Part shown: piece by piece, positions 34,095 to 44,800 of the stretch
Layout of the letters: every line of letters begins with the position of its first letter
Position numbering within the stretch: position 1 is the first letter of the stretch
Position numbers and translations under genes: made by a program
Notes under the pieces: model-generated
The model's database searches: none
The model's input: the letters and a program-made list of their open reading frames with translations, nothing else
What the model was told of the DNA's origin: nothing
Source of the DNA: Verrucomicrobiia bacterium
GTDB lineage: Bacteria; Verrucomicrobiota; Verrucomicrobiia; Limisphaerales; UBA11358
NCBI GenBank assembly: GCA_025451535.1
Contig: JANWKE010000054.1
Coordinates: forward strand, 8,179 to 72,178
DNA length: 64,000 bases
Reading direction: 5' to 3'

Positions 34095-34724
34095 TCAGCC
34101 CCGCAGGTATTTGACCACGGCCTCCGTCCGCGAATGAACGTGCAGCTTTTCGTAAACGGTCCGCACGTAACTGCGCACGGTATCAATGCTGATTTTCATG
34201 CGGTCGGCGATTTCCTTGTAAGCGTAGCCATTCGAAAGCTGGTCGAGAAATTCCCTCTCGCCCGGAGTCAGCCCCGACAGCGAGGAGGGGGCGCCGTCCG
34301 CCGGCCTGGTAAAAAACTGAACGACGCGGCGGGCCAGTTGCGGCGTCATGGGCGAACCACCGGAGTGGACATCGCGGATGGCTTCCAACAATCGTGCCGA
34401 CGCCGTGCGTTTGAGCAGATACCCGCTCGCGCCGGCTTTGAGTGAATTGAACAACGAGTCGCTGTCTTCGTAAACCGTCAGCATCAGAAATTGCACACCC
34501 GGCAGGGCGGCCTTCAATTGCTGGACACACTCCACCCCTTTCATGCCGGGCAGGTTGATGTCCATGAGCACCACGTCGGGCGGATGGCGCGGGATTTCCT
34601 TCAACGCCGTTTCCGCGTTCGCGTAGTCGCCGGCCAGTTTGAAATTCGGCGCGCGGCGGATGAGTGCGGCGAGGCTGGTGCGGATGCCTTCGTCGTCGTC
34701 CACAATGGCAACTTTGATCTGCAT
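34095..34724 (-). CDS. Response regulator, NarL/LuxR family (REC + LuxR-type HTH)
   Basis: The ATG at 34724 gives MQIKVAIVDDDEGIR.., then DVVLMDINLPGMKG. HTH: GYAYKEIADRMKISIDTVRSYVRTVYEKLHV. The ORF-track GTG at 34748 is an alternative start. Confidence 0.9.
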   Translation of the reverse strand: MQIKVAIVDDDEGIRTSLAALIRRAPNFKLAGDYANAETALKEIPRHPPDVVLMDINLPGMKGVECVQQLKAALPGVQFLMLTVYEDSDSLFNSLKAGASGYLLKRTASARLLEAIRDVHSGGSPMTPQLARRVVQFFTRPADGAPSSLSGLTPGEREFLDQLSNGYAYKEIADRMKISIDTVRSYVRTVYEKLHVHSRTEAVVKYLRG

Positions 34725-34811
34725 ATCCTGGGCAATGCTGGCAACCACACTATACCAATTACCCTAATCCGGGCGGATTCTCTACAGCATGAATGTGCGG
34801 CAAACTTGCGC

Positions 34812-36365
34812 TCAAGCCAGCTTATGGCTCTTCCTGCTCTGCAAATCCACCGAAAGTTTCACGGCCGTTCCCGCGCCGGCCGCGCTTTGCAGTTCCAATT
34901 TGCCGCCAATGGACTCGGCCCGACGACGCATGTTCCCCAACCCGTTACGCCGGCCTTCCGACGATAACGAGGGATTAAAACCCTTGCCATCGTCCCGCAC
35001 CAGAATTTCCAGTATATGGCCGGAAATTTTTGCATGGACCTGAACTTCGCCGGCGCCGGAGTGTTTGAGCGCGTTGGTCAGCGCCTCTTTAACGATGAGG
35101 AAAATATTATGGCGCAGGTCCGGCGGCAGCGCCAGGGCCGGCAAGTCATGCGGCAGGTCCAGCCGGCAACGGGCAGCATTGCCATCGAAAAGTTCGTTGG
35201 CAAAATGCGCAATGTAGTCCGTCAGGCTTTGCAGCGTGTCGCTGCCGGGACGCACCGCCCAAACGATTTCCTCCAGTGACCGCACGGTTTGATCGGCCGA
35301 TTGGGCCAATTTGCTGGCGTGTGCCTCCACCTGTTCCGGGTTGTCCTTGTCCGTCCGGATCAAGCCGCTCAACAGTGACAGCCGCGTCAGCGACGAACCG
35401 AGGTCGTCGTGCAAATCCTGGGCAATGCGCGCCCGCTCCCGTTCCAGTGCGCTTTCCTGTTCGGCGCGCTGTAACTGGAGCTGGTACTTTCGTTTCTCCA
35501 CGAAGCGGACGGTGGCACCGACGGCAGCAACCACAAATAGCGCCAACAAGGTGGAAAACCACCAGGTCTGCCAGAAGCGCACGATGACAAAATCGTTGAA
35601 CGAGGTGGCGATGGCCATGTCGCTGAAAAACCAGCCGTTGCCGCCGTCCTTGCGAACGCCGCCGTTGCCGCCGTGGCGCAACCGGATTTCGTCGAAGGTT
35701 GCCTTCGCTTTGAATTTCGTGGTGATATCGTCCGGCTGATTTTCCGCCGTCGCGCCGTGCGTCAGATTCGGGTCCAGCCACACCGTCACCAAATCCTCAC
35801 CGCCCGGGACATATTGCACCTTGAAAACAATCGTTCGCGGATGATTGTGACTCGGCAATTCGTAGGGGAAAAATTTCCCCATGCCGGCCGCTGCCGGATG
35901 GGACGACCGCAGGTTGTATTCGCCGGCGTCGTCATATTTTAACTCGATTAACTCGTTTGGCGGCTTGTTGGACGGTCCGGTTTCCGACGTGTAAGCCGCC
36001 GAATAACCCCAGGCTTCCATTGCATTGCCCACGCCCAGTTGTAGTTTGTTGGTTTCCACCAGTTGAAACAATGCGTCATACGGCTCATCCGCCGGGTCCG
36101 AAAGCGGATCCACGCGGAATTTGAAATAAAGGGCGTCGCTCGCTTTATCATCGCGTTTGACCTTGCCGCCAAGAATATCCGTGCCGTCCGGCGTGGCATG
36201 AATCACGCGCGAACCAGGATCGCTCCATAAAATGGTGGCGCGAACCGGCACCGGCCATGCCAGCACCATCACTACCCCCGCATAAATCGCGACAAAGAAA
36301 AACTTCAAACCCGATTGGAAAAACGACAAACCAGGCCGGTTGGAAACAACGGGGCTTCGCAGCAC
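34812..36365 (-). CDS. Sensor histidine kinase (HisKA_3/NarX-DegS type) with ~240-aa uncharacterised extracytoplasmic domain
   Basis: 517 aa with TM1 FFFVAIYAGVVMVLAW and TM2 WWFSTLLALFVVAAVGA. H-box RIAQDLHDDLGSSLT. ATPase motifs: EALTNALKHSGA, DDGKGF, GLGNMRRRAESIGG. I recognised no known fold in the periplasmic domain. Confidence 0.85.
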   Translation of the reverse strand: MLRSPVVSNRPGLSFFQSGLKFFFVAIYAGVVMVLAWPVPVRATILWSDPGSRVIHATPDGTDILGGKVKRDDKASDALYFKFRVDPLSDPADEPYDALFQLVETNKLQLGVGNAMEAWGYSAAYTSETGPSNKPPNELIELKYDDAGEYNLRSSHPAAAGMGKFFPYELPSHNHPRTIVFKVQYVPGGEDLVTVWLDPNLTHGATAENQPDDITTKFKAKATFDEIRLRHGGNGGVRKDGGNGWFFSDMAIATSFNDFVIVRFWQTWWFSTLLALFVVAAVGATVRFVEKRKYQLQLQRAEQESALERERARIAQDLHDDLGSSLTRLSLLSGLIRTDKDNPEQVEAHASKLAQSADQTVRSLEEIVWAVRPGSDTLQSLTDYIAHFANELFDGNAARCRLDLPHDLPALALPPDLRHNIFLIVKEALTNALKHSGAGEVQVHAKISGHILEILVRDDGKGFNPSLSSEGRRNGLGNMRRRAESIGGKLELQSAAGAGTAVKLSVDLQSRKSHKLA

Positions 36366-36569
36366 GGTTCCACCTTATAATCGTCGCCCCGGCAAGACAA
36401 GCAGAAGGATGGCGGTCCTACATTTTGCGCCTTCGGTGGGGCAAGCAGCCTGTCCCGCTCTGCGGTGATCCTCGCGAGCCGCCGTCGCTTCGCTTTGGCG
36501 CGCCAAGGCCGGCTCGTCAGTCGCCTCGCCCCACCAAATTGTACGACAGCCGGAACCATGGCCGGTTCG

Positions 36570-36585
36570 TCGCACATTTATGCGG
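36570..36585. promoter_or_regulatory. Alpha-glucan box, site 4
   Basis: TCGCACATTTATGCGG, with one mismatch. It sits in the divergent region between the kinase gene (minus strand) and the GH31 operon (plus strand), 37 nt before the GTG at 36622. Confidence 0.5.
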
Positions 36586-36621
36586 TTGAATTCGGGCCGA
36601 ATCCTTTGACATCTTCTGCCC

Positions 36622-39297
36622 GTGCTCAACGTGTTTCTCCGACCAACGGCTGTTTTGTCCCCTTTGGCAAAAGTCACCCCCCGGCTCATTCTTATGTTCG
36701 CAGCGTCTGCCGGTCTGGCCGCTGCGCCGGTGGTCACGGCCAAACCTGAAGCTCCGGACATCATCGTGGGAAAGGTCCGCGTCCAGTTGCTTTCCGGTTC
36801 ACTGGTCCGACTGGAATTGCAGGGACCGGAGGGATTCGAAAACCGCGCCACGTTTCATGTCGTGAATCGGGATTGGCCCGGAACTGCCTTCACCACCAAC
36901 ACCGACGCCGCTGACGTGGTCATCCACACGGCCAGCTATTCGGTGCGCATTCCGCAAAATGCCAAATCGCTGGATGGGGTGCGGGTGGAATCCACCGGCC
37001 GACAATTGCTTTATGCCTATGACGGCAGGCTGGAAAACAGCAAATGGTTGCCCGGCCCGGAGGATAAACCGGAGGTCTGGTCGTTTGCCGATACACCACG
37101 AATCATTCCGCCAGCCTGGGGGCTCACGCCGCCGCCCAAACCAATGCCGAATGGCGGCTGGGATCTGGCTAACAATGCGCCGGACGTCTATGTGTTCGTA
37201 CCGCGCGAAAATTATTTCACGTTGCGGAAGGATTTTCTCAAACTGACCGGCCCGACCGAGCTGCCGCCGTTGTTCCTGTTCGGCGCATTCGACAGCCGCT
37301 GGTATGATTACAGCGAGGCGACGGCCTTGAAGCAAATTGACGATTACCGGGCGCGCAAAATTCCGCTCGACGTACTGGTGGTGGACACCGGCTGGCGTGC
37401 GGGCGCGTCCACCGGTTATCAGCCGAACACAAATCTATTTCCCGATGTGGCGCGGTTCCTCCGGGAGGCGCACGCCCGGAATGTCCGGGTTTTGTTCAAT
37501 GACCATCCCGAACCACTGAACACGAATGTGACCGGACTGGAAGCGAAGGAGCTGAATTATCGCTTCAACGGCTTGTCCGGCCTGTTGCACGACGGCCTCG
37601 ACATCTGGTGGTATGACCGCAACTGGTGGGTCGCGCTCGTCCCGCCCGGGCCGGGCTTGAAGAAGGAAGTCTGGGGCATGCGTCTCTATCACGACACCAC
37701 CGCCCGCGTCCGGCCGGAACAACGTCCGCTGATTATGGCCAACGTGGATGGCATCGATAATGGCATCCGCAAGCGTCCGATGGATGTGGCGGCGCACCGG
37801 TTCCCGTTCCAGTGGACCGGCGACATCGGGCCGGACTGGGAATTTCTGCGGCGGGCGGTGGAAAACGCGGTTAATTCCGGCACGCAATCGCTGTTTCCTT
37901 ACGAGAGTGATGACCTGGGCGGGCACGTCGCCAACCCGACGCCCGAACAATACATCCGCTGGATCGAATACGGCGCGTTGTCGCCGGTGTATCGTCCGCA
38001 TTGCACCCACAACCTGGAGCGGATGCCATGGGTGTTCGGGCCGGAAGCCGAAAGCGTGGCGCGCCGGTTCCTGGACATGCGCTACCGCCTGTTGCCGGTC
38101 TTCTATGCGGCCGCCCATAAAAACTACGAAACTGGCGAACCCCTGCTCCGCCGGCTTGACCTGGACTACCCGCAATTTGCCGAAGCGCGCCGCAACGACG
38201 AATATCTGCTCGGCCAGGACATTCTGGTTGCGCCGGTCCTGGCCGGCTCCGCGCGAATCGTCCCGTCCGACTGGCTGACAGCACCGGACGGCCAACAGGG
38301 ATTGAAAGTGGAATTTTTTGAGAACGTGAATTTATCCGGCACGCCGGCATTGACGCGGACGGATGCCGGTGTGGATTTCGATTGGGGGATGAACAGCCCG
38401 GCGCCCGACCTGCCGAGCCAAAATTATTCGGTGCGCTGGACCGGAACCATTGAAGTGCCGGCGGCGAACGGCGATGTGGTTTTATCGAGCCTGGCCGACG
38501 ATGGCGCGCGGGTGTGGGTGGATGGCGAAGAAGTCATTAACGCCTGGGGGCCACACGCTCTGACCGCCACGGACGCCTCCGCCGTGTTGACCGCCGGACG
38601 ACCCCATCAATTGCGCATTGAGTATCTGCAATTGGGCTTCAACGCCGCCATGAAACTGCAATGGCATCCGGTAAAAGCCCGGACCGCGACGCGGACCGCC
38701 TGGGTCCCGCCAGGCAACTGGATTGACGTCTGGACCGGTAAAATGATCCCTGGTCCCGCCATGGTCACGAACGATGTTCCGCTGGATCAAACGCCGATTT
38801 GCATCCGAGCTGGCGCGGTTGTGCCGCTGGCGCCGGAAATGCAATTTACCGGCGAAAAACCATGGGACCCGGTCACCCTTGATTGTTATCCGTACGCGGG
38901 TGAAACTAATTCGGCGGTGTTGTATGAGGATGACACATTGACCACGGCTTACCAGCGAGGTGAATTCCGTAGCACGCTTATCACGGCGGCAACCGGCGAA
39001 ACGGCCAAAATAATTCATGTGGAAATTGGCGCCGCGGAAGGACATTTTCGCGGCGCGCCGGACAAACGGGCCTGGATCCTGCGCATCCATCCGCCGGCCG
39101 GCTGGCCCAAAAATCCGGCGCAAGTCGCCGTCAACGGTAAGAAAATCAATCTCCCCATCCGATGGCTCAAGCGCGATACGAGCGCGATGCCGCTGGGCGA
39201 TCCGATTGGCGCACCGGATGGAGACATTTTTGAAATCCGCCTGCCCGCAGCGCCGGTTTCACAAAGCCAGTCACTGGAAATTTCATTTGAGCCCTGA
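36622..39297 (+). CDS. Glycoside hydrolase family 31 with inserted PA14 domain
   Basis: 891 aa. GH31 motifs: VVDTGWR, LDIWWYDRNWW (nucleophile region of the WW-x-D subtype), FQWTGDI. PA14 domain: KVEFFENVNLSGTP..DFDWG..YSVRWTGTIEV..DDGARVWVDGEEVINAWG. DUF5110-like tail: VLYEDDTLTTAY. The start is GTG 36622 or ATG 36694. Confidence 0.85.
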   Translation: MLNVFLRPTAVLSPLAKVTPRLILMFAASAGLAAAPVVTAKPEAPDIIVGKVRVQLLSGSLVRLELQGPEGFENRATFHVVNRDWPGTAFTTNTDAADVVIHTASYSVRIPQNAKSLDGVRVESTGRQLLYAYDGRLENSKWLPGPEDKPEVWSFADTPRIIPPAWGLTPPPKPMPNGGWDLANNAPDVYVFVPRENYFTLRKDFLKLTGPTELPPLFLFGAFDSRWYDYSEATALKQIDDYRARKIPLDVLVVDTGWRAGASTGYQPNTNLFPDVARFLREAHARNVRVLFNDHPEPLNTNVTGLEAKELNYRFNGLSGLLHDGLDIWWYDRNWWVALVPPGPGLKKEVWGMRLYHDTTARVRPEQRPLIMANVDGIDNGIRKRPMDVAAHRFPFQWTGDIGPDWEFLRRAVENAVNSGTQSLFPYESDDLGGHVANPTPEQYIRWIEYGALSPVYRPHCTHNLERMPWVFGPEAESVARRFLDMRYRLLPVFYAAAHKNYETGEPLLRRLDLDYPQFAEARRNDEYLLGQDILVAPVLAGSARIVPSDWLTAPDGQQGLKVEFFENVNLSGTPALTRTDAGVDFDWGMNSPAPDLPSQNYSVRWTGTIEVPAANGDVVLSSLADDGARVWVDGEEVINAWGPHALTATDASAVLTAGRPHQLRIEYLQLGFNAAMKLQWHPVKARTATRTAWVPPGNWIDVWTGKMIPGPAMVTNDVPLDQTPICIRAGAVVPLAPEMQFTGEKPWDPVTLDCYPYAGETNSAVLYEDDTLTTAYQRGEFRSTLITAATGETAKIIHVEIGAAEGHFRGAPDKRAWILRIHPPAGWPKNPAQVAVNGKKINLPIRWLKRDTSAMPLGDPIGAPDGDIFEIRLPAAPVSQSQSLEISFEP

Positions 39298-39336
39298 GTC
39301 ATTGATTAACGGCATTCACTCATTGCACGTTTCAGG

Positions 39337-41895
39337 GTGTCAGCTAACCTGTTGGCCATGAATGGATTCTTCGGCTGTCGAAATCTCTTTTGCCTTTGTG
39401 TCCTCGTCATTTCAACAACGGTTTGTGCGCCGGCGAAGGCTTCCGGGCCGGCAGGTACCACACAGGCCCTTTTGCCACAGGGACCGTACCTGGCGATAAC
39501 GAACTTTACCACAACAGGCCTGGTCGAAGCGCGAATTTATCGGAACTCAGGCCACCTCTCCCTGGTCGGTTCCGACCCGGCGGGAAATCCCCTGGCCAAC
39601 GCGGTCACGTTCGCTCCGCCACGGGTCAAGCTCGGCGGGTATTGGCACAGTCTGGGTCGCATTTTGTTTTCAAGGTCCTTCGACGATGGACTGGAGGTTG
39701 TTCAGCAACTTTCAACCACCGACATCGTGGCCCGGCTGACCTTCACAACGGAAGGCGTAATGCGCTACGAAGTCGTGGATTGGCATGGCCTGCCGGTCGA
39801 GGAAACTGCGGTCGAGGCCGCTTCCGACGCAAGCGAGCATTTCTTTGGCTTCGGCGAAAAATTCAACCAGCTCGATCAAGCCGGGAAACTGGTTCACATC
39901 CTGACCTTCGACCAGGCCGGTGATAAGCAGGACAGCTCTTACAAAGTCGTGCCGTGGTTTATCAGCACGCGCGGCTATGGATTTCATCTGGATTCATCGG
40001 CGGAAAGCTGGTTCGACCTGCGCGCGGGATACAAAGACCGGTTTATTGTCACCAATTTGTTCCCGTCACTGAAATTTAACGTGGTGTACGGTCCCAGGCT
40101 CACGGACGTTCTGTCGCGTTACACCGGATATACGGGCCGGCCGCCCACGCCGCCGGCCTGGGCCTTTGCACCGTGGCTGTCATCGGACATCTGGCAGACC
40201 GGCGGTCAAATTCGTTATGCCGTCACAAAATACCGCGCCCTCGGCATTCCCGGCTCCGTATTCGTCTTCGATTCGCCGTGGGAGGTGGGCTACAACGACT
40301 TCATCTGGAACATGGCGCAGCTCGGCGCGGGCGGGACTTATGAAGGGACAAATTACGCCGGTTTCAATTCCTCCCGCGACATGATGACGTTTCTGCGCAC
40401 GAACGGCTTCAAGGTTGTCTGCTGGCTGACGCCGTTCATTAATACGGATTCGACCGGTCACGGCGAAGTTGCGGGACAAAACCTCGGCCCATCGTCAAAT
40501 TATGCAGAAGCCGCGGCAAACCATTACTTTGTCCGCGCGTCGGTTGGCGGCCCGCCGCTCGTCGCCAACTGGTGGAAAGGCACGGGCAGCCCGGTGGATT
40601 TCACGAACCCGAACGCGCGGCAGTGGCTGACGGCGCAATTGAGTAATCTGGTCACCCAAAGCGGAGGCGTCATCGGCGGTTTCAAAACCGATGACGGTGA
40701 AAGCGGCAGTGCGGACGGCAACTCATACATTCCAACCAACGCGGTTTATTACGACGGGCGCACCGGTATCGAAATGCGGAACGGTTTTGCGCCGATGTAC
40801 GAAAAGACGGTCTGGAGCGTGCTCGGCACCAACGGGATTTTGTGGGCGCGCAGCGGGTTCACCGGCTCGCAGGCTTATCCGGCTTGCTGGGCCGGCGACA
40901 ATCAGCCGAACTTTGGTCCCAATGGTTTGGCCGGCGTGGTCATTGCCGGTGAATCGGCAGCCATGAGCGGTTTTGCCATCTGGGGCAGCGACATCGGCGG
41001 ATATCAGGACGATCCGAACATCTGGAGTTCGACACCGGCGAATCTCTTCGAGCGCTGGACGCAGTTCGGCGCGCTTTCGCCCATCATGCAGATGCACCGG
41101 CAGGTCACCACCGGCCGGCAATACCCCTGGAGCTTTGGCGACGAGGGCACGGCGAACTACCGGCTTTACGCAGAACTGCACACCGCGTTGTTCCCTTATC
41201 TTTACACTTGTGCGCAGCAATGCAGCACCAGCGGCCTCCCGATCATCCGCCCGCTGGTTTTGATGTATCCGGCCGACCCCAACACCTACGGCCTCCGGCA
41301 CACTTACCTTTTGGGAAATGACCTGCTGACCGCCGCAATGGTCACGAACCTCGCGACGACGCGGACGGTTTATCTGCCCGCCGGCAACTGGTACGATTTC
41401 TTCACGCAACAAAAATTTGCCGGCGGCCGGAGCATCACCTGGTCCAACGCCGACCAGACCCGGACGCCGCTGTTCGTGCGCGAAGGCGCAATCATTCCAA
41501 TGATTCCAACCAACGTCCTTACACTTTGTGACGCTGACTACGTCGGAAATACCAACGTCACGACCTGGGACGGCTCGTTGCAATTCCTCATTTATCCAAC
41601 GACGAATTCCGCCTTCACGGTCTATGACGGTACCCGTCTGCAGTGCCAGACGGAGGGCGCCGCCATCGCGCTGACGCTGTCATCCCCGCCACGCCCGGTG
41701 ACGTTGAAAATCCTGCATGCCCGGCCATCACGCGTGCAATGCGACAGTGTACGATTGCATCGTTTCAGCAGTGCGACCGCCTTTGCCCGCTCGGCTCAAG
41801 GCTGGCGATACGCCGCACCGTTCGTGCTGGTAAAATTCAAGAGTGCCGGCGGCACCAACCGGATTGTCATTCAAGGCAGTAATTCCACGCGGTAA
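39337..41895 (+). CDS. Glycoside hydrolase family 31 (YicI-like alpha-glucosidase/alpha-xylosidase type), secreted
   Basis: 852 aa with signal peptide ..FCLCVLVISTTVCAPAKA. Motifs: GFGEKFNQLDQAG, GFKTDDGE (nucleophile region, compare KTDFGE), WAGDNQPNF, WTQFGALSPIMQMH. Lies 39 nt after the preceding GH31 gene, so it is operon-like. Confidence 0.85.
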   Translation: MSANLLAMNGFFGCRNLFCLCVLVISTTVCAPAKASGPAGTTQALLPQGPYLAITNFTTTGLVEARIYRNSGHLSLVGSDPAGNPLANAVTFAPPRVKLGGYWHSLGRILFSRSFDDGLEVVQQLSTTDIVARLTFTTEGVMRYEVVDWHGLPVEETAVEAASDASEHFFGFGEKFNQLDQAGKLVHILTFDQAGDKQDSSYKVVPWFISTRGYGFHLDSSAESWFDLRAGYKDRFIVTNLFPSLKFNVVYGPRLTDVLSRYTGYTGRPPTPPAWAFAPWLSSDIWQTGGQIRYAVTKYRALGIPGSVFVFDSPWEVGYNDFIWNMAQLGAGGTYEGTNYAGFNSSRDMMTFLRTNGFKVVCWLTPFINTDSTGHGEVAGQNLGPSSNYAEAAANHYFVRASVGGPPLVANWWKGTGSPVDFTNPNARQWLTAQLSNLVTQSGGVIGGFKTDDGESGSADGNSYIPTNAVYYDGRTGIEMRNGFAPMYEKTVWSVLGTNGILWARSGFTGSQAYPACWAGDNQPNFGPNGLAGVVIAGESAAMSGFAIWGSDIGGYQDDPNIWSSTPANLFERWTQFGALSPIMQMHRQVTTGRQYPWSFGDEGTANYRLYAELHTALFPYLYTCAQQCSTSGLPIIRPLVLMYPADPNTYGLRHTYLLGNDLLTAAMVTNLATTRTVYLPAGNWYDFFTQQKFAGGRSITWSNADQTRTPLFVREGAIIPMIPTNVLTLCDADYVGNTNVTTWDGSLQFLIYPTTNSAFTVYDGTRLQCQTEGAAIALTLSSPPRPVTLKILHARPSRVQCDSVRLHRFSSATAFARSAQGWRYAAPFVLVKFKSAGGTNRIVIQGSNSTR

Positions 41896-44800
41896 AAGCG
41901 CTGCGTCACGGTGGCCGGCGGGGCATCGGTAAAATTTAACATCCCCTGCGGCGGCAAGGCAAAGTTCGAGCTGCCCATCAGATTGCTCCAGATTCCGCCA
42001 AGTTGGTTGACGAATTGCACCTGATAGGCGCGGCCCGGCATGGCGGCGTAGTTGAAGACGCAAAGGGTGTTTTGCAGACCGACCGACAGGATTTTGAACC
42101 CGCGCGCGGGATCCAACCGGTCGAACGTGCCGTTGCCCAGTGAATCGCGCAGCGCGACAACGGGAATGACCAGAAATTCGTTGCTTTCAATATTGGGACC
42201 GGAACCGGCAGGACACTGGGCGACGAGCGGGCCGCCGTTGGTTGTAACGTAAGCCGCCGCGCACAGGTAAAGGTTCGTCGGCATATATCCGAAGGCCTGC
42301 ACCAGATCCAGCGTACCTGCCATTGCGCCCGAAGTCGCCGAAGCCTTGGCGCAGGGCCAGTTCGTTTGCGTGCCGTTGACATACCAACTGATGTAAGTGT
42401 TCTGGCTTTCGCTGGCGAGGAAGGGCTTGGTGGTGGCCACCGCGACGTTGCCGGATTTCGCCCAGGGCGCCGGCGCGCTGGCACCCGGCAACAATTGATC
42501 GGAAACGAAAATGAAATTGTCGTTGGGTCCGCTCGTTCCCGGCGAACCGGTGGCCACATAAAGCGTCGTGCCGCGCAACGCGGCGTAAAGCACTCCCGCA
42601 GGCGCGGGATTGGAAGCCAGTAAATAGCCCGGATAATCGAATGCGCCATCCAGCGCGAACGGCGGAAGATTCGTCGGCACGGCGGCCAGTGTATTGGTGC
42701 AAACCGTCGGGCTGGGCGTTGAGAAACCGACGCTGTTGGACGCCACGATGGAATAACAATGATAACTGTTCGCCGCGAGGCCAGTGTCGGAGTAACTCGT
42801 GCTGACGGTCGTTGCAATGGGCGAATTATCGCGGTCCACGACATAGCCGGCGGCACCCGATGCCGCGGACCAGTTCAAATTGATCTGGTTCGTCTGAGTC
42901 GGTGTCGCCGAAAGATTTTGCGGTTGGGCCGGCGGTTGCGGATTGCTGTTCGCGCTTACAGTAAAGTTCCAGTTCGCGCCGCCGTTGTTGTCCCAGGTGC
43001 CGGAGCCGTTGTTGAAGACGCAGTTCAAGTTCGTGGCGTTCGCCGGTACCGTCACGGTGTATTGCCACCCGTTCGACGCGGAATTAAATGACATCGCCGC
43101 ATCCGGCGAGACGACCGGGTTCCAATTGTTCCAGCCGAGGTGAATATAAACCTGGCTGGCTGATGCCAGAACCCGCCCGGTGGCCACGTATTGAATCGTC
43201 ACCGAATTGCCGGCCACTGGCGGAGCGGGTAAAACTGAAACCGGTCCCCCGCCACCGCCACCGCCGCTGCCGCCACCAGAACCGGCGCCCACCCAGACAT
43301 GTTGAATCGGCGTATTGCGCGTGTTGCCGTTGGTGTCGGTTGCGCCGACGTAATAATCCACAAAGACATTCGAGATGCCGGTGACCTGCGTATAATAATA
43401 GTCGGCGATGTATTGCGGCGTGTCACCGCTGACCGGCGGCGCGACTCGCCGGGTCATGCTGTTCGTCTGCCACACGCCGGTAAGCGAACCGCCGGCATAG
43501 GTCTTGAATTGATCCCCCGTCGGCGGATTCGTTCCGTCCACACGCAAAAGCAAACTGACATTCGTGATGCCCGAAACGTCGTAGGTGTAAGTCCAGACCC
43601 AGAAATCGGAATTTTGAGCGACGACGGTTTTGTAACCGTATTGCACGCCGAAGTTGGTGCCGCCGGGATTCCACGGCGACCGTTGCGGCAGGAATACGGT
43701 CGGCGCTGTCGTGTCGTTGGTCGGGTTGGCGGTGATGACCGCGTCCACATTCCGGCAGGCGTTGGATTGGGCGATAATGGCGCGGAGACACTCGTCGCCG
43801 TTGCAGCCATAATAAACAAAACCGCTGTCGAGACTCGCCAGACAATAGTGCCAGCCGAGTTCGACTGCGTTGGGCGTGCCGGAAAAACTGCCCGGATCGC
43901 GTACCTGATCAATCTTCGGCGTGATGCCGGAGATTTGCTGCGCGGTCTCGACGCGGTTTTCCGTGGCAATGATGACGCGCCAGTTGTCGTCCTTGTCGCT
44001 GGTGCCAAGGCTGGGGTCAACGACGTTGTTGCCGCTGCCGTCGGTGTAACTGGGCGGCCAGTTCCAGTTGATGAAACTCGGCGAGCCGAAGTCGCTGTCG
44101 GCAAACACCCAGCCGCCGTCCTCGACGTGAACGACGTCATTCGTAGCCGGCGGGAAATCAGAAATGAACTGCTCGATGGTCGTCGGCTCATAGCCGTCAC
44201 TCGCAGCGGTGCTGGCCATCTGGCCGACCCATTGGTTGTAGTAGGAATAGCCGCCGCTCCAGGCGTTGTCGCCGTCATGCGCGCACAAGACGAGCGACGG
44301 ATGGGCGGAATTATTGCGGGCGGCGATGGGCGCAATCAGGCCAAGGTCCCACGTGCCGTAACTGTCGCGCCAGCCCAACACCTGGTCGGAGGGCACCACC
44401 ATGATCGTGCTGGCGACGCCGGTGTTTGGATCCACGTAACGCGCGTAGTGCAATTGAAACCCGAACGGCATGACCTGTGTGGGAGCGCAACCGCGCTCAA
44501 TGGAAACCCGCTGATAATCCCCCGCGCCCTGCGCCGGATTGATCTGGTCGGCGGGATTGGGAATATCGCAATTCTCACCGCCACTGCCGAGCACGAGCGG
44601 GAAATCCGCGCACGACCGGGCCAGGTGATTATTGGCGACCACCGACCACGCGATGCCGACCTTGTTGAGAATCGGAATGATGTGTTCGGAGAAACAGGTT
44701 TCCGCGGGAAAATAACCGCGCGAGAGTGGCACACTGGTGCCCCAGAAGATCTGCATCTGCCGCTGCTGAATGCGCAGTTCCATTTCCAGCGTCTGGTCGT

